Origin: Alphaproteobacteria bacterium
Lineage (GTDB): Bacteria; Pseudomonadota; Alphaproteobacteria; GCA-2731375
Direction of reading: 5' to 3'
Length of the DNA: 64,000 nt
NCBI GenBank assembly: GCA_965232515.1
Contig: CBDDPY010000002.1
Coordinates: 2,208,001 to 2,272,000 of the forward strand
Positions 10,593 to 18,927 of the stretch are shown piece by piece (position 1 is the stretch's first letter; each line of letters opens with the position of its first letter). The notes beneath the pieces were generated by a model. The model saw nothing but the letters and a program-made list of their open reading frames with translations, searched no databases and was not told where the DNA came from. The translations under genes and the position numbers were made by a program.

Positions 10593-10623
10593 GCTCGTCC
10601 TCCTTGGACCGAAGCGGGTTTGC

Positions 10624-10679
10624 TCAGCCGCGCGCCTGTTCGATGTCGTGGCTTAGCCGCGCGCTTGTTCAATAATGTC
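10624..10679 (-). repeat. Tandem imperfect duplication of the last codons of the MaoC gene
   Basis: GACATTATTGAACAAGCGCGCGGCTAA (10679-10653) followed by GACATCGAACAGGCGCGCGGCTGA (10647-10624). Confidence 0.7.
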
Positions 10680-11180
10680 GTCGACGCCGTGCCCACGCTT
10701 CGGGATCAGCATCGTGCGCTTGTAGCTCATGACCAGCGTGCTGTCCTGCTTGTGCGCCCGGGTCTCGACGCTGACGACGCCCTGCGTCGGCCGCGACTTC
10801 GACTCGCGCTTGTCCAGCACCTCCGACTCGGCATAGAGCGTATCGCCGACGAAGACCGGCGCCGGCATGACAATATCGGTCCAGCCGAGATTGGCGATCG
10901 CCTTCTGGCTGACATCAGACACGCTCATACCGGCGACGATGGACACGGTCAGCGCGCTGTTGACGATGATACGCCCGAATTCGCTGTGCTTTGCGTATTC
11001 GACGTCGAAGTGCAGCGGATGCTGGTTCAGCGTCAGCAGCGTGAACCAGGTGTTGTCGGCCTCGGAGATCGTCCGGCCGGGCCGGTGCTCGTAGATGTCG
11101 CCAACATTGAAGTCCTCGAGATACCGTCCGAAGGATTCCCGATAACGGTTCTCGCCGACCCGCACTGCTTCCGCCACCAT
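10653..11180 (-). CDS. MaoC family (R)-enoyl-CoA hydratase, itaconyl-CoA hydratase/RipB-like
   Basis: GRYLEDFNVGDIYEHRPGRTISEADNTWFTLLTLNQHPLHFD; PVFVGDTLYAESEV; start at MVAEAVR. Confidence 0.85.
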   Translation of the reverse strand: MVAEAVRVGENRYRESFGRYLEDFNVGDIYEHRPGRTISEADNTWFTLLTLNQHPLHFDVEYAKHSEFGRIIVNSALTVSIVAGMSVSDVSQKAIANLGWTDIVMPAPVFVGDTLYAESEVLDKRESKSRPTQGVVSVETRAHKQDSTLVMSYKRTMLIPKRGHGVDDIIEQARG

Positions 11181-11206
11181 GGCGTCACTCTCCCATCGAT
11201 GATTGT

Positions 11207-12070
11207 CTAAAGAACGCCGGCCGCCGCTGCGATCGACATAATCCGCTGCATGCGCTTGACCACCGGTTCCTCGACCAGCTTGCCGTCGACCACCGGCAGG
11301 CCGTCGGGCGCGTTTTCGAAGGCGTCGATGATCTTGCGCGCGTTCGCGATCTCGTCGGCACTCGGCGTGAAGATCTCGTTGATCACCGGCAGCTGCGTCG
11401 GGTGGATCGCCGCCTTGCCGGTGAAGCCCAGCGCCTGCACCAGCTCGCACTCCCTGCGCAGACCGGCCGCGTCCTCGAGATCCAGGAACGGCACGTCAAT
11501 GGCGTCGAGCCCGCTGCGCGCGGCCGCGTGCACGACCCGGCTGCGCGGATAGTGCATCGAGGTGAAATCGAGCGCGCAGCCCAGCTCGGCCGACATATCG
11601 ATGGCGCCGAACAGCAGCGAGCGATTGTTCGGGCTCGCCGCCGCAATCTCCTGCGCCGCGTCCAAGCCGGCATTGCTCTCGATGATGATATGCAGATTGA
11701 TGCGCCGCGCCGCGCTCCCAAACAACTCGTCGACGATGCGCACCTCGTCCGGCGTCGCCACCTTCGGCAGCATCACGCCGTCGGGCGGCGACTCCAGCTC
11801 GACGATCGCCAGAATGTCCTTCAGACCGTCCTTGCAGCGCGGACTGTTGATCCGCACCACGCGCTCGATACCGTCGTCGGCACGCTCGGCGAACAGCGGC
11901 AGCGACAGCTCGCGGCCCCGGTCCTTGTCGCGTGGCAGCAACGCGTCTTCCAGGTCGACGGTCACCATGTCGGGCTGCAGGCTCAAGGCTTTGGCGAAGC
12001 GGTCGGGCCGGATTCCCGGCACGAAAATGAAGTTGCGCCGAGGCTGCACCCGCTCTTCCGACATCGTCAT
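11207..12070 (-). CDS. CitE/HpcH family CoA-ester lyase (citramalyl-/citryl-CoA lyase-like)
   Basis: VDLEDA, VVRIN, MLPKV, IIES, FGAIDMSAELG, GFTGKAAIHPTQ. Confidence 0.9.
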   Translation of the reverse strand: MTMSEERVQPRRNFIFVPGIRPDRFAKALSLQPDMVTVDLEDALLPRDKDRGRELSLPLFAERADDGIERVVRINSPRCKDGLKDILAIVELESPPDGVMLPKVATPDEVRIVDELFGSAARRINLHIIIESNAGLDAAQEIAAASPNNRSLLFGAIDMSAELGCALDFTSMHYPRSRVVHAAARSGLDAIDVPFLDLEDAAGLRRECELVQALGFTGKAAIHPTQLPVINEIFTPSADEIANARKIIDAFENAPDGLPVVDGKLVEEPVVKRMQRIMSIAAAAGVL

Positions 12071-12079
12071 TCCTGAAAA

Positions 12080-12123
12080 ATTTGTCCGGACAAATCTTCG
12101 CAAAGCCGTCCGTTACTTGTCAA
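12080..12123 (-). promoter_or_regulatory. Internal promoter TTGACA-N18-GAAGAT plus operator copy 2 (ATTTGTCCGGACAAAT, 12080-12095)
   Basis: Perfect 16-bp palindrome just upstream of the citE-like start; -35 TTGACA at 12123-12118. Confidence 0.7.
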
Positions 12124-12751
12124 CGTGCTCGGCCCCGGCCTGGTCCATCGGAAACGGCTCGCTGCCCGGCTGATCGACCAGACTGTCGAGAAACGCCGGC
12201 CCATCATGCGCCATCCACAGCGCGGCGGCCGACGGCGCGAAGCTGCACAGGATATCGAGATCGCCCTGCTCGAAGGTGTTCCTGGCCTGGGCCGCCAGGA
12301 TCATCTGGCCGATGAAGCGATCGCCCCAGAACATCGGCGCGAACATGGTCGAGCCCATGCGCGAGGACTTCAGCACCTGCTTGAAGGTGCCGTGGTCGTC
12401 GGTGTTGGCCAGCAGCAACGGCTTCTGCTCGCGCGCCACCCGGCCGGGATGGGCATAGTCGATGGGAATGCGCATGCGGTGCTGCTCGGGCGGAAAATCG
12501 ACCTCGGCGATCAGCCAGTTCTGCGTCCCGTCCGGCGACGGCATGAAATAGCCGCCGATGAAGTATCGCCGCTCGCCCGGCTTCAGATGGCCGCGCGTCA
12601 GCGCATCGGAATCGCCCAGCACCTCGAACGCCGCGCGGCTTAAGTATCCGATCGCGGTTTCGGGATCACTGGCCCGGCAGCCGGCGGCAACGGCGTCCGC
12701 CAACGCGGCGAGCGCGCGGTCGCGCAGACCCGTGAAGTCACGCGCGCTCAT
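12113..12751 (-). CDS. Stand-alone GAF domain protein
   Basis: HPGRVAREQKPLLLANTD...GSTMFAPMFWGDRFIGQMILAAQARNTFEQGDLDIL GAF signature; ATGA-coupled to upstream gene. Confidence 0.75.
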   Translation of the reverse strand: MSARDFTGLRDRALAALADAVAAGCRASDPETAIGYLSRAAFEVLGDSDALTRGHLKPGERRYFIGGYFMPSPDGTQNWLIAEVDFPPEQHRMRIPIDYAHPGRVAREQKPLLLANTDDHGTFKQVLKSSRMGSTMFAPMFWGDRFIGQMILAAQARNTFEQGDLDILCSFAPSAAALWMAHDGPAFLDSLVDQPGSEPFPMDQAGAEHVDK

Positions 12752-13614
12752 GCCGACGTCTCGGGCGGGTTGTTGGCGGCCCAGCGATCGGCGATCTGCT
12801 TGCGCGTGGCGATCCAGACGCCGTCATGCTGCTTCACGTGCTCGATGAACTTCTCCAGATAGCCGATGCGGCCGGGCCGGCCGATGATGCGCAGATGCAG
12901 GCCGAACGACATCATCTTCGGGTCGTCGGCGCCCTCGCGATAGAGCCAGTCGAAGGTGTCGACGGCGTATTCGCACCAGTCGGCCGGTGTCAGCGACGGC
13001 GCCGTCCACATCTTCATGTCATTGGAGTCCAACGCATAGGGCACGATAAGGATCGGCTTGCCGTCGACATGGTCCCAGAACGGCAGGTCGTCGCTGTAAT
13101 CGTCCATGTGATAGCTGAAGCCCTCTTCGATCAGCAGCCGCCGGGTGTTCGGCGTCAGCAGATAGCGCGACAGCCAGCCATAGGGCCGCGTACCGGTGGT
13201 CTTCTCGATGCTGGCGACGGCCTTGCGGATGAAGTCGCGCTCGGTGTCTTCGTCCATATGGAACTGATGCACCCAGCGCCAGCCGTGGCTGCAGACCTCG
13301 TGGCCGCCGGCGACGATGCGTTCGGTCAGGACCGGCGCGCGCTCCAGGCTCAACGCCGCGGCCGTGAAGGTGGCCGTGATGCCGTGGTCCTCCAGCAGCT
13401 TCATCACCCGCGGCGCGCCGGCTTTGATGCCGTACTGGTAGTTGCTCTCGTTGCCGTAGTTGCGGACCGCCTTTTTCAGCGCGACGCCGAGTTCGTCTAC
13501 GACTTCCGGCCCGCGGTCGCCGTCGGCGACGGTCATCTCCGAGCCTTCCTCGACGTTGACCACGAACGACATTGCCAGTCGTGCGCCGTTCGGCCATCGG
13601 TCCGCGTTGGCCAT
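12748..13614 (-). CDS. Polysaccharide deacetylase (CE4) family, PuuE allantoinase-like
   Basis: WPNGARLAMSFVVNVEEG, HEVCSHGWRW, DDLPFW, PYALDSND, GLHLRIIGRPGR. Confidence 0.85.
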   Translation of the reverse strand: MANADRWPNGARLAMSFVVNVEEGSEMTVADGDRGPEVVDELGVALKKAVRNYGNESNYQYGIKAGAPRVMKLLEDHGITATFTAAALSLERAPVLTERIVAGGHEVCSHGWRWVHQFHMDEDTERDFIRKAVASIEKTTGTRPYGWLSRYLLTPNTRRLLIEEGFSYHMDDYSDDLPFWDHVDGKPILIVPYALDSNDMKMWTAPSLTPADWCEYAVDTFDWLYREGADDPKMMSFGLHLRIIGRPGRIGYLEKFIEHVKQHDGVWIATRKQIADRWAANNPPETSA

Positions 13615-13641
13615 GACGATTTCCCCTCAGAACGCCGTCGG

Positions 13642-13758
13642 AATTTGTCCGGACAAATTGCCATTGCCGCTTGGGCCGGTCAAGTGAGCTGGAAAATTTG
13701 TCCGGACAAATCCGTTGACACGGACCATGTGTCGGCGTGATGATTTGTCCGGACAAAT
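13642..13758. promoter_or_regulatory. Divergent promoter region with operator copies 3-5 (13642-13659, 13696-13711, 13743-13758) and TTGACA-N18-GATGAT (13715-13744)
   Basis: Three perfect ATTTGTCCGGACAAAT palindromes; two flank a consensus -35 box. Confidence 0.85.
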
Positions 13759-13785
13759 TCCCAAATAACGACAGCGGGGAGTCAC

Positions 13786-14793
13786 ATGCGAGTGCCAACG
13801 AAATCCATGGTCGCGGCCGTTCTCGGCGTCGGCCTTGCCGCCTCGGCGTCGACGAACGCCGAGCAGGTCTGGAAGCTGGGCTATATCAACGCCACCGACA
13901 GCTCGTACCTGAAGACCGTCGAAACCATGCCCGAGCGAATCGCCAAGGCGACCGGCGGCGAGATCAAGATCGAGCTGCACCACAGTCTCGTAAAGGGCTC
14001 GGCCCAGCCTGCCGGCCTGCGCGACGGGCGGCTGGAGATCATCGCCGGCGTCAATCCGTGGCTCAGCGGCGAGGCGCCGATCCTGAACATCGGCCACCTG
14101 CCCGGCCTGATCGCCGACGAGCAGCAATACAAGAACGTGCTGGCGGCCGGCCTGCAGGACGAGTTCGCCAAGGTCTGGCTTGAGAAATACAATGGCGTGA
14201 TGCTGAGCCATGGCGTCTTCGAGCGCCAGGTGATCCTGTCCAACAAGGCGATCCGCACCGCCGCCGACTTCAAGGGCCTGAAGGTCCGCGTCCACAACAC
14301 CGAGGCGGCGCAGCTGATGAACGCGCTCGGCGCCAAGCCGACGCCAGTCGCCTTCCCCGAGATCGCGCCGGCGCTGCAGCGTGGCGTGGTCGACGCGGTG
14401 ATGACGTCCACCGGCACCAGCCACGGCTTCGGCTTCTACACGGTGGCGAAGTACATCCACTATTGGGACATCGGCACCGGCGTCGGCTGGTCGGTCGTCG
14501 TCAACAAGGATGCCTGGGCGAAACTGTCCCCGGATCTGCAGGAGAAAGTCCGGGCCGAGTTTCAGGCCATCCAGGCGGAGCACTACGCCAACCACCAGGC
14601 CTATTCCGAGAAGATGACGAAAGCGCAGGTCGAGAAAGGCATGGAGCTGATCGTCGCCAGCGACGCCGAGAAGGCCAAGGTGTTCGCGCCGGAAAACGTC
14701 AAAGCCGTCTATGACGCCTGGTACGAGCTGGCCGAGGACCGCGGTTATGACGGCCGCGCCGTGGTCGAGAAGACCCGCAAACTGATTAAGTAA
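13786..14793 (+). CDS. dctP: TRAP transporter substrate-binding protein (DctP family)
   Basis: Signal peptide; DFKGLKVRV, LGAKPTPVAFPEIAPALQRGVVDA. Confidence 0.9.
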   Translation: MRVPTKSMVAAVLGVGLAASASTNAEQVWKLGYINATDSSYLKTVETMPERIAKATGGEIKIELHHSLVKGSAQPAGLRDGRLEIIAGVNPWLSGEAPILNIGHLPGLIADEQQYKNVLAAGLQDEFAKVWLEKYNGVMLSHGVFERQVILSNKAIRTAADFKGLKVRVHNTEAAQLMNALGAKPTPVAFPEIAPALQRGVVDAVMTSTGTSHGFGFYTVAKYIHYWDIGTGVGWSVVVNKDAWAKLSPDLQEKVRAEFQAIQAEHYANHQAYSEKMTKAQVEKGMELIVASDAEKAKVFAPENVKAVYDAWYELAEDRGYDGRAVVEKTRKLIK

Positions 14794-14826
14794 CGGACGG
14801 TTCTTTTACGCTCGCCGCCATCGAGC

Positions 14827-14852
14827 CCCCCGCCGGCTTTCGCCGGCGGGGG
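14827..14852 (+). other. Intercistronic GC stem-loop after dctP
   Basis: CCCCCGCCGGC-TTTC-GCCGGCGGGGG; no U-tract, so probably mRNA-stabilising. Confidence 0.6.
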
Positions 14853-14873
14853 TCGTCGCATTAGCCTATAGCC

Positions 14874-16910
14874 ATGACCGTCGATTCCCCTCGTTCGACT
14901 TTCGTCCTTGCCGTCGACAGGCTGTCGCAGGCGACCGGCTATCTGAGCGCCGGTCTGCTGTTGGCCATGCTCGGCATGATCTGCTTCGACGTGTTCATGC
15001 GCTACGTGCTGAACGCGCCGACAACCTGGGCGACCGAAATCTCGACCTACGTGCTGGTGGCGATCGCGCTGCTCGGCACCGCCTATACGCAACGCGTCGA
15101 CGGCCATATCCGGGTCGAAGTGCTGCTGCTGAACCTGGATGACGACAAGCGGCAAAAGCTGCTGCTGGTCACCGCCTGGATCGGACTCGTGTTTCTCGCC
15201 TTCGCCGGCTGGCAGGCCGTGGTCATGGTCTGGGAGAACTACGTCAACGGCACCCGCATCTTCTCGCTGCTCTACACGCCGATCTATTTGCCGCAGATCC
15301 CGATCGCCGTTGGCCTGTTCGCGTTTGCACTGGCGCTGCTGGCCGAGATCCGTCGGCTGTCGCCGGCTCTGCCGCCGTGGCGCGACGCGGCGATGGTGGC
15401 GTTGATTGTCGTGCTGATCGTCGGCCTGTGGCTGATGGGCGCACGGCCGGCGAAGGCGTTCGCGACCAACTTCGATTGGGGTTCGCTCTGGATCGCCGCA
15501 GTCGTCGCCGTCGCCGTGCTGCTGTGGAGCGGCTGGCGGACCTGCTTGATCGTGCTTGGCGTGTTCGTCGCGGCCGCCGTTCTGTTCTATCTGGCGCGCG
15601 GCGCCGATATCGGCACGGTCGTCGCCATCCAGGCCGTCGTCACGCTCGGCCTGCTGGCGCTCGGCGTGCCGGTGTCACTGGCGCTTGGCCTGATCGGTCT
15701 GTTGGGGATCTACTTCCTGCTGCCGTCGCCGGCGCCGATCACCATCGCCGAGCGCAGCTGGGACAGCATCAACTCGTTCACGCTGACGGCGGTGCCGATG
15801 TTCGTGCTGATGGGCGCGCTGTTGCTGCGCAGCGGCCTCAGCGATCAGGTCTTCGACGCCATGGTGAAGTGGCTGGGAAGGTTTCCCGGCGGCATCGCGC
15901 ATGCCGGCGTCGGCGCCTGCGGCGTTTTCGCGGCCGTGTCTGGCTCCAGCCTGGCGACGGCCGCGACCATGGGCATGGTCGCCTGCCCCGAGATGCTGAA
16001 GCGCGGTTACAGCCCCCGCCTCGCCTACGGCTCGATCGCGGCCGGCGGCACGCTCGGGATACTCATTCCGCCGTCGGTCGCCATGATCATCTATGGCTCC
16101 ACCGTCGGCGCGCCGATCGCGACCCTGTTCATCGCCGGCATCGTGCCCGGCGTGCTGCTGATCCTCGGCTTCATGGCCGTGGTGTTTGTCTGGGCCGTCC
16201 TGCGGCCCGCCGCCGCGCCGCTGAGCGAGCGCTACGACTGGCAAACCAAGCTGCGCGCCCTGCTGCAGGTCCTGCCGATCGCGCTGCTGATTGCCGGCGT
16301 GCTGGGCGTGCTTTATGCCGGCATCGCGACGCCGACCGAGGCCGGCGCCATGGGCGCCGCTGCGGCGCTGCTGATCTGCATTGCCCGTGGCCGTCTCGAC
16401 GGACCGACGCTGCTGAACGTGCTGCTCGAGACCGTGAAGGTCACCTCGTTCCTGTTCGTCATCATCATCGGCGCCTCGATCCTGACCTACTCGTTTGATT
16501 ATCTCAGGCTGCCGACGCTGCTGGTCGAGGCGGTGCGCGACGCCAACCTGTCGCCGTGGATGGTGATGCTGGCGATCTCGCTGCTTTACATCGTGCTCGG
16601 CATGTTCATCGATTCAATCTCGATGATGGTGATGACGTTGCCAGTGCTGTTCCCGCTGGTGGTCGCGGTCGGCTTCGACCCGATCTGGTTCGGCGTCGTG
16701 CTGGTGATCCTGATGGAGATCGGCCTGATCACGCCGCCGGTCGGCGTCAACCTGTTCGTGCTGCGCGGCCTGTCGGGCGACGTGGCGATGAAGGAGATCG
16801 TCTACGGCGTCATCCCGTTCATGCTGCTCATGATGGCCGCCGTCGTCCTGCTTTACGTCGCCCCCGGTCTCGCCACCTGGCTGCCGGCGCAGATGATCAC
16901 GACCGGCTGA
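14874..16910 (+). CDS. Fused TRAP permease DctQ-DctM
   Basis: N-terminal DctQ (VFMRYVLNAPTTWATE, HIRVEVL); C-terminal DctM (GGTLGILIPPS, ATPTEAG, GLITPPVGVNLF). Confidence 0.92.
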   Translation: MTVDSPRSTFVLAVDRLSQATGYLSAGLLLAMLGMICFDVFMRYVLNAPTTWATEISTYVLVAIALLGTAYTQRVDGHIRVEVLLLNLDDDKRQKLLLVTAWIGLVFLAFAGWQAVVMVWENYVNGTRIFSLLYTPIYLPQIPIAVGLFAFALALLAEIRRLSPALPPWRDAAMVALIVVLIVGLWLMGARPAKAFATNFDWGSLWIAAVVAVAVLLWSGWRTCLIVLGVFVAAAVLFYLARGADIGTVVAIQAVVTLGLLALGVPVSLALGLIGLLGIYFLLPSPAPITIAERSWDSINSFTLTAVPMFVLMGALLLRSGLSDQVFDAMVKWLGRFPGGIAHAGVGACGVFAAVSGSSLATAATMGMVACPEMLKRGYSPRLAYGSIAAGGTLGILIPPSVAMIIYGSTVGAPIATLFIAGIVPGVLLILGFMAVVFVWAVLRPAAAPLSERYDWQTKLRALLQVLPIALLIAGVLGVLYAGIATPTEAGAMGAAAALLICIARGRLDGPTLLNVLLETVKVTSFLFVIIIGASILTYSFDYLRLPTLLVEAVRDANLSPWMVMLAISLLYIVLGMFIDSISMMVMTLPVLFPLVVAVGFDPIWFGVVLVILMEIGLITPPVGVNLFVLRGLSGDVAMKEIVYGVIPFMLLMMAAVVLLYVAPGLATWLPAQMITTG

Positions 16911-16917
16911 ACCGCCG

Positions 16918-17376
16918 TCAGTCCTCGCGGCCGGCCATCATGCGCAAGGGGTTGTAGGTCAGCACGGTCTCGCCGCGTTGATTGACGACCTTGTTAAATG
17001 TGCGGACCAGACCACGGTTGCCTTTCGAGGTCGGCCGCACCTCCGTGACCTCGCATTCGACATGCAGCGTGTCGCCGGCAAACGTCGGGCCCTTGACGTC
17101 GAGCTCCATGTTGAGAAACGCGAGGCCCGTGTGCTGCATGGTCGCCTGCACCAGCAGCCCTTCGGCGAAGGTGTAGGCGAGCGCGGCCGGCGCCACCCGG
17201 CCCTTCATGGGTCCGTGCGCCTTCAGATACTCCATGTCCGTGAACAGCACCTCGACCATGCCGGTGACGCCGATGAAGTTGACGATGTCGGCTTCCGTCA
17301 CGGTGCGTCCGATGGTCTTGAAGGTGTCGCCGACCTTCAGGTCGTTCCAATAGAAGCCGAGCCCGACCGTCTTCAT
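16918..17376 (-). CDS. MaoC/PaaZ-type dehydratase
   Basis: DLKVGDTFKTIGRTVTEADI, GPTFAGDTLHV, VVNQRGETVL; start MKTVGLG. Confidence 0.85.
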   Translation of the reverse strand: MKTVGLGFYWNDLKVGDTFKTIGRTVTEADIVNFIGVTGMVEVLFTDMEYLKAHGPMKGRVAPAALAYTFAEGLLVQATMQHTGLAFLNMELDVKGPTFAGDTLHVECEVTEVRPTSKGNRGLVRTFNKVVNQRGETVLTYNPLRMMAGRED

Positions 17377-17386
17377 GATCCCGATC

Positions 17387-17674
17387 CTAGTTGGCGTGCT
17401 GGACGATGCCGCGATAGGGCGCCGTGCCATAGATGTCGAATGACAGCAGGCCGACCTTGGCCAGCGGCAGGTCATGCATGATCCTCTCGGCATGCGCCTC
17501 GTCGTCACACTCGAGAACGACAATGGCGCCCTTACCATCCGCGCGGCTATAGATCTCGCGGACCACCTCGTCGCGGTACAGGCCCAGCGCGTGCTTGGCT
17601 TCGGCTTCCAGATGCGGCGCGAAGTCTTCCGGCGCGGCGTCCGCCTTACGGGTCGCGATGACGATGACTTTCAT
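17387..17674 (-). CDS. Small dimeric alpha/beta-barrel protein (muconolactone isomerase-like)
   Basis: LYRDEVVREIYSRADGKGAIVVLEC...LPLAKVGLLSFDI pattern; RBS GGAGGAG. Confidence 0.6.
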   Translation of the reverse strand: MKVIVIATRKADAAPEDFAPHLEAEAKHALGLYRDEVVREIYSRADGKGAIVVLECDDEAHAERIMHDLPLAKVGLLSFDIYGTAPYRGIVQHAN

Positions 17675-17704
17675 GGATAGCTCCTCCCGGTTCTCCAAAC
17701 TCGA

Positions 17705-18907
17705 TCAGTCCTGTTGCAGCAACGCGCCCGCCGCGCGCATGGCGTCGATATCGGCCTCGGCGTAGCCCAGCTCGCGCAGCAGCTCCGGACCGTTCTCGCC
17801 GTAGCGCGGCGCCGGCAGGCGGATCTCGCCCGGCGACTTCGAATAGGCGATGGGAATGTCTGTGATCACGGTATCGCCTTCGCTGGGGTGCGCCAGCTTC
17901 CGGAACATACCGACCGCTTTCAGATGCGGGTCGTCCATCAGGTCGGCGATGTCGTTGACGATCATCGAGGGGATCTCGGCCTCGCCCAGCATGGCGAGCC
18001 ATTCCTCGGCGGGCTTGGTGGCGATGGCCTCGGCCATGAATTCGTAGAGCCACTCGGTATGCTCGGTGCGCGTCGCGTGGTCGGCGAAGCGCGGATCGTC
18101 GGTCAGTTCGGGCCGGCCGGCCATCTCGAAGAAAAGCGCCCAATGCCGGTCGGTATAGGGCAAGGCGCAGATATGGTGACCGTCGGCCGTGCGATAGGGC
18201 TTGCGCGCCGGCGTCGTCAGGCGCTTGTAGCCGACCTCGCCAAGCGGCGGTTCGAAGCCCGCGTCGAAGATGTGCTCGACCATCAGGAACGAGACCAGGG
18301 TTTCGAACATCGGCACCTCGACGAACTGGCCCTCGCCCGTGCGCTCGCGGTGCAGCAGGGCCATCGCGACGGCCTGGCTGAGCTGCAGGCCGGTCAGCTT
18401 GTCGACCATCACCGTCGGCACGTAGCGCGGCTCGCCCGTCGTGCGCTGGAACAGGCTGGCGAGGCCCGAGCCGGCCTGGATCATGTCGTCATAGGCCGGC
18501 CGCGCCGCATACGGCCCTTTCTGCGAGAAGCCGTAGGCGCCGACATAGACAATGTCGGGCTTGATCGCGGCGACGTCGTCATAGCCGAAGCCGAGCTTGG
18601 CGATCTTCTGCGGCCGCATGTTGTGGACCAGCACGTCGGCCGTCTCGATCAGCGCGCGCAGGGCAGCCTTCGCCGCATCCTGCTTCAGGTCCAGCGCAAT
18701 CGAGCGCTTGTTACGGTTCATGTTCATGAAGGCGCCGGCCATGCCCGGGCTGCGCGCCGAGCCGAGGAAACGGGTCGAGTCGCCCTTCGGCGGCGCCTCG
18801 ACCTTGATCACGTCGGCGCCCATGTCGCCCAAGAGCTGCGTGCCATAGGGGCCCAGCAGCACGGTGGTAATGTCGATCACCCGGATGCCGGCAAGCGGTC
18901 CGCTCAA
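17705..18907 (-). CDS. CaiB/BaiF family III CoA-transferase
   Basis: GPLAGIRVIDIT, NRNKRSIALDLK, PAYDDMIQAGSG; TTG start. Confidence 0.9.
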   Translation of the reverse strand: MSGPLAGIRVIDITTVLLGPYGTQLLGDMGADVIKVEAPPKGDSTRFLGSARSPGMAGAFMNMNRNKRSIALDLKQDAAKAALRALIETADVLVHNMRPQKIAKLGFGYDDVAAIKPDIVYVGAYGFSQKGPYAARPAYDDMIQAGSGLASLFQRTTGEPRYVPTVMVDKLTGLQLSQAVAMALLHRERTGEGQFVEVPMFETLVSFLMVEHIFDAGFEPPLGEVGYKRLTTPARKPYRTADGHHICALPYTDRHWALFFEMAGRPELTDDPRFADHATRTEHTEWLYEFMAEAIATKPAEEWLAMLGEAEIPSMIVNDIADLMDDPHLKAVGMFRKLAHPSEGDTVITDIPIAYSKSPGEIRLPAPRYGENGPELLRELGYAEADIDAMRAAGALLQQD

Positions 18908-18927
18908 CTCTGTTCTCCCGTCTGGCG

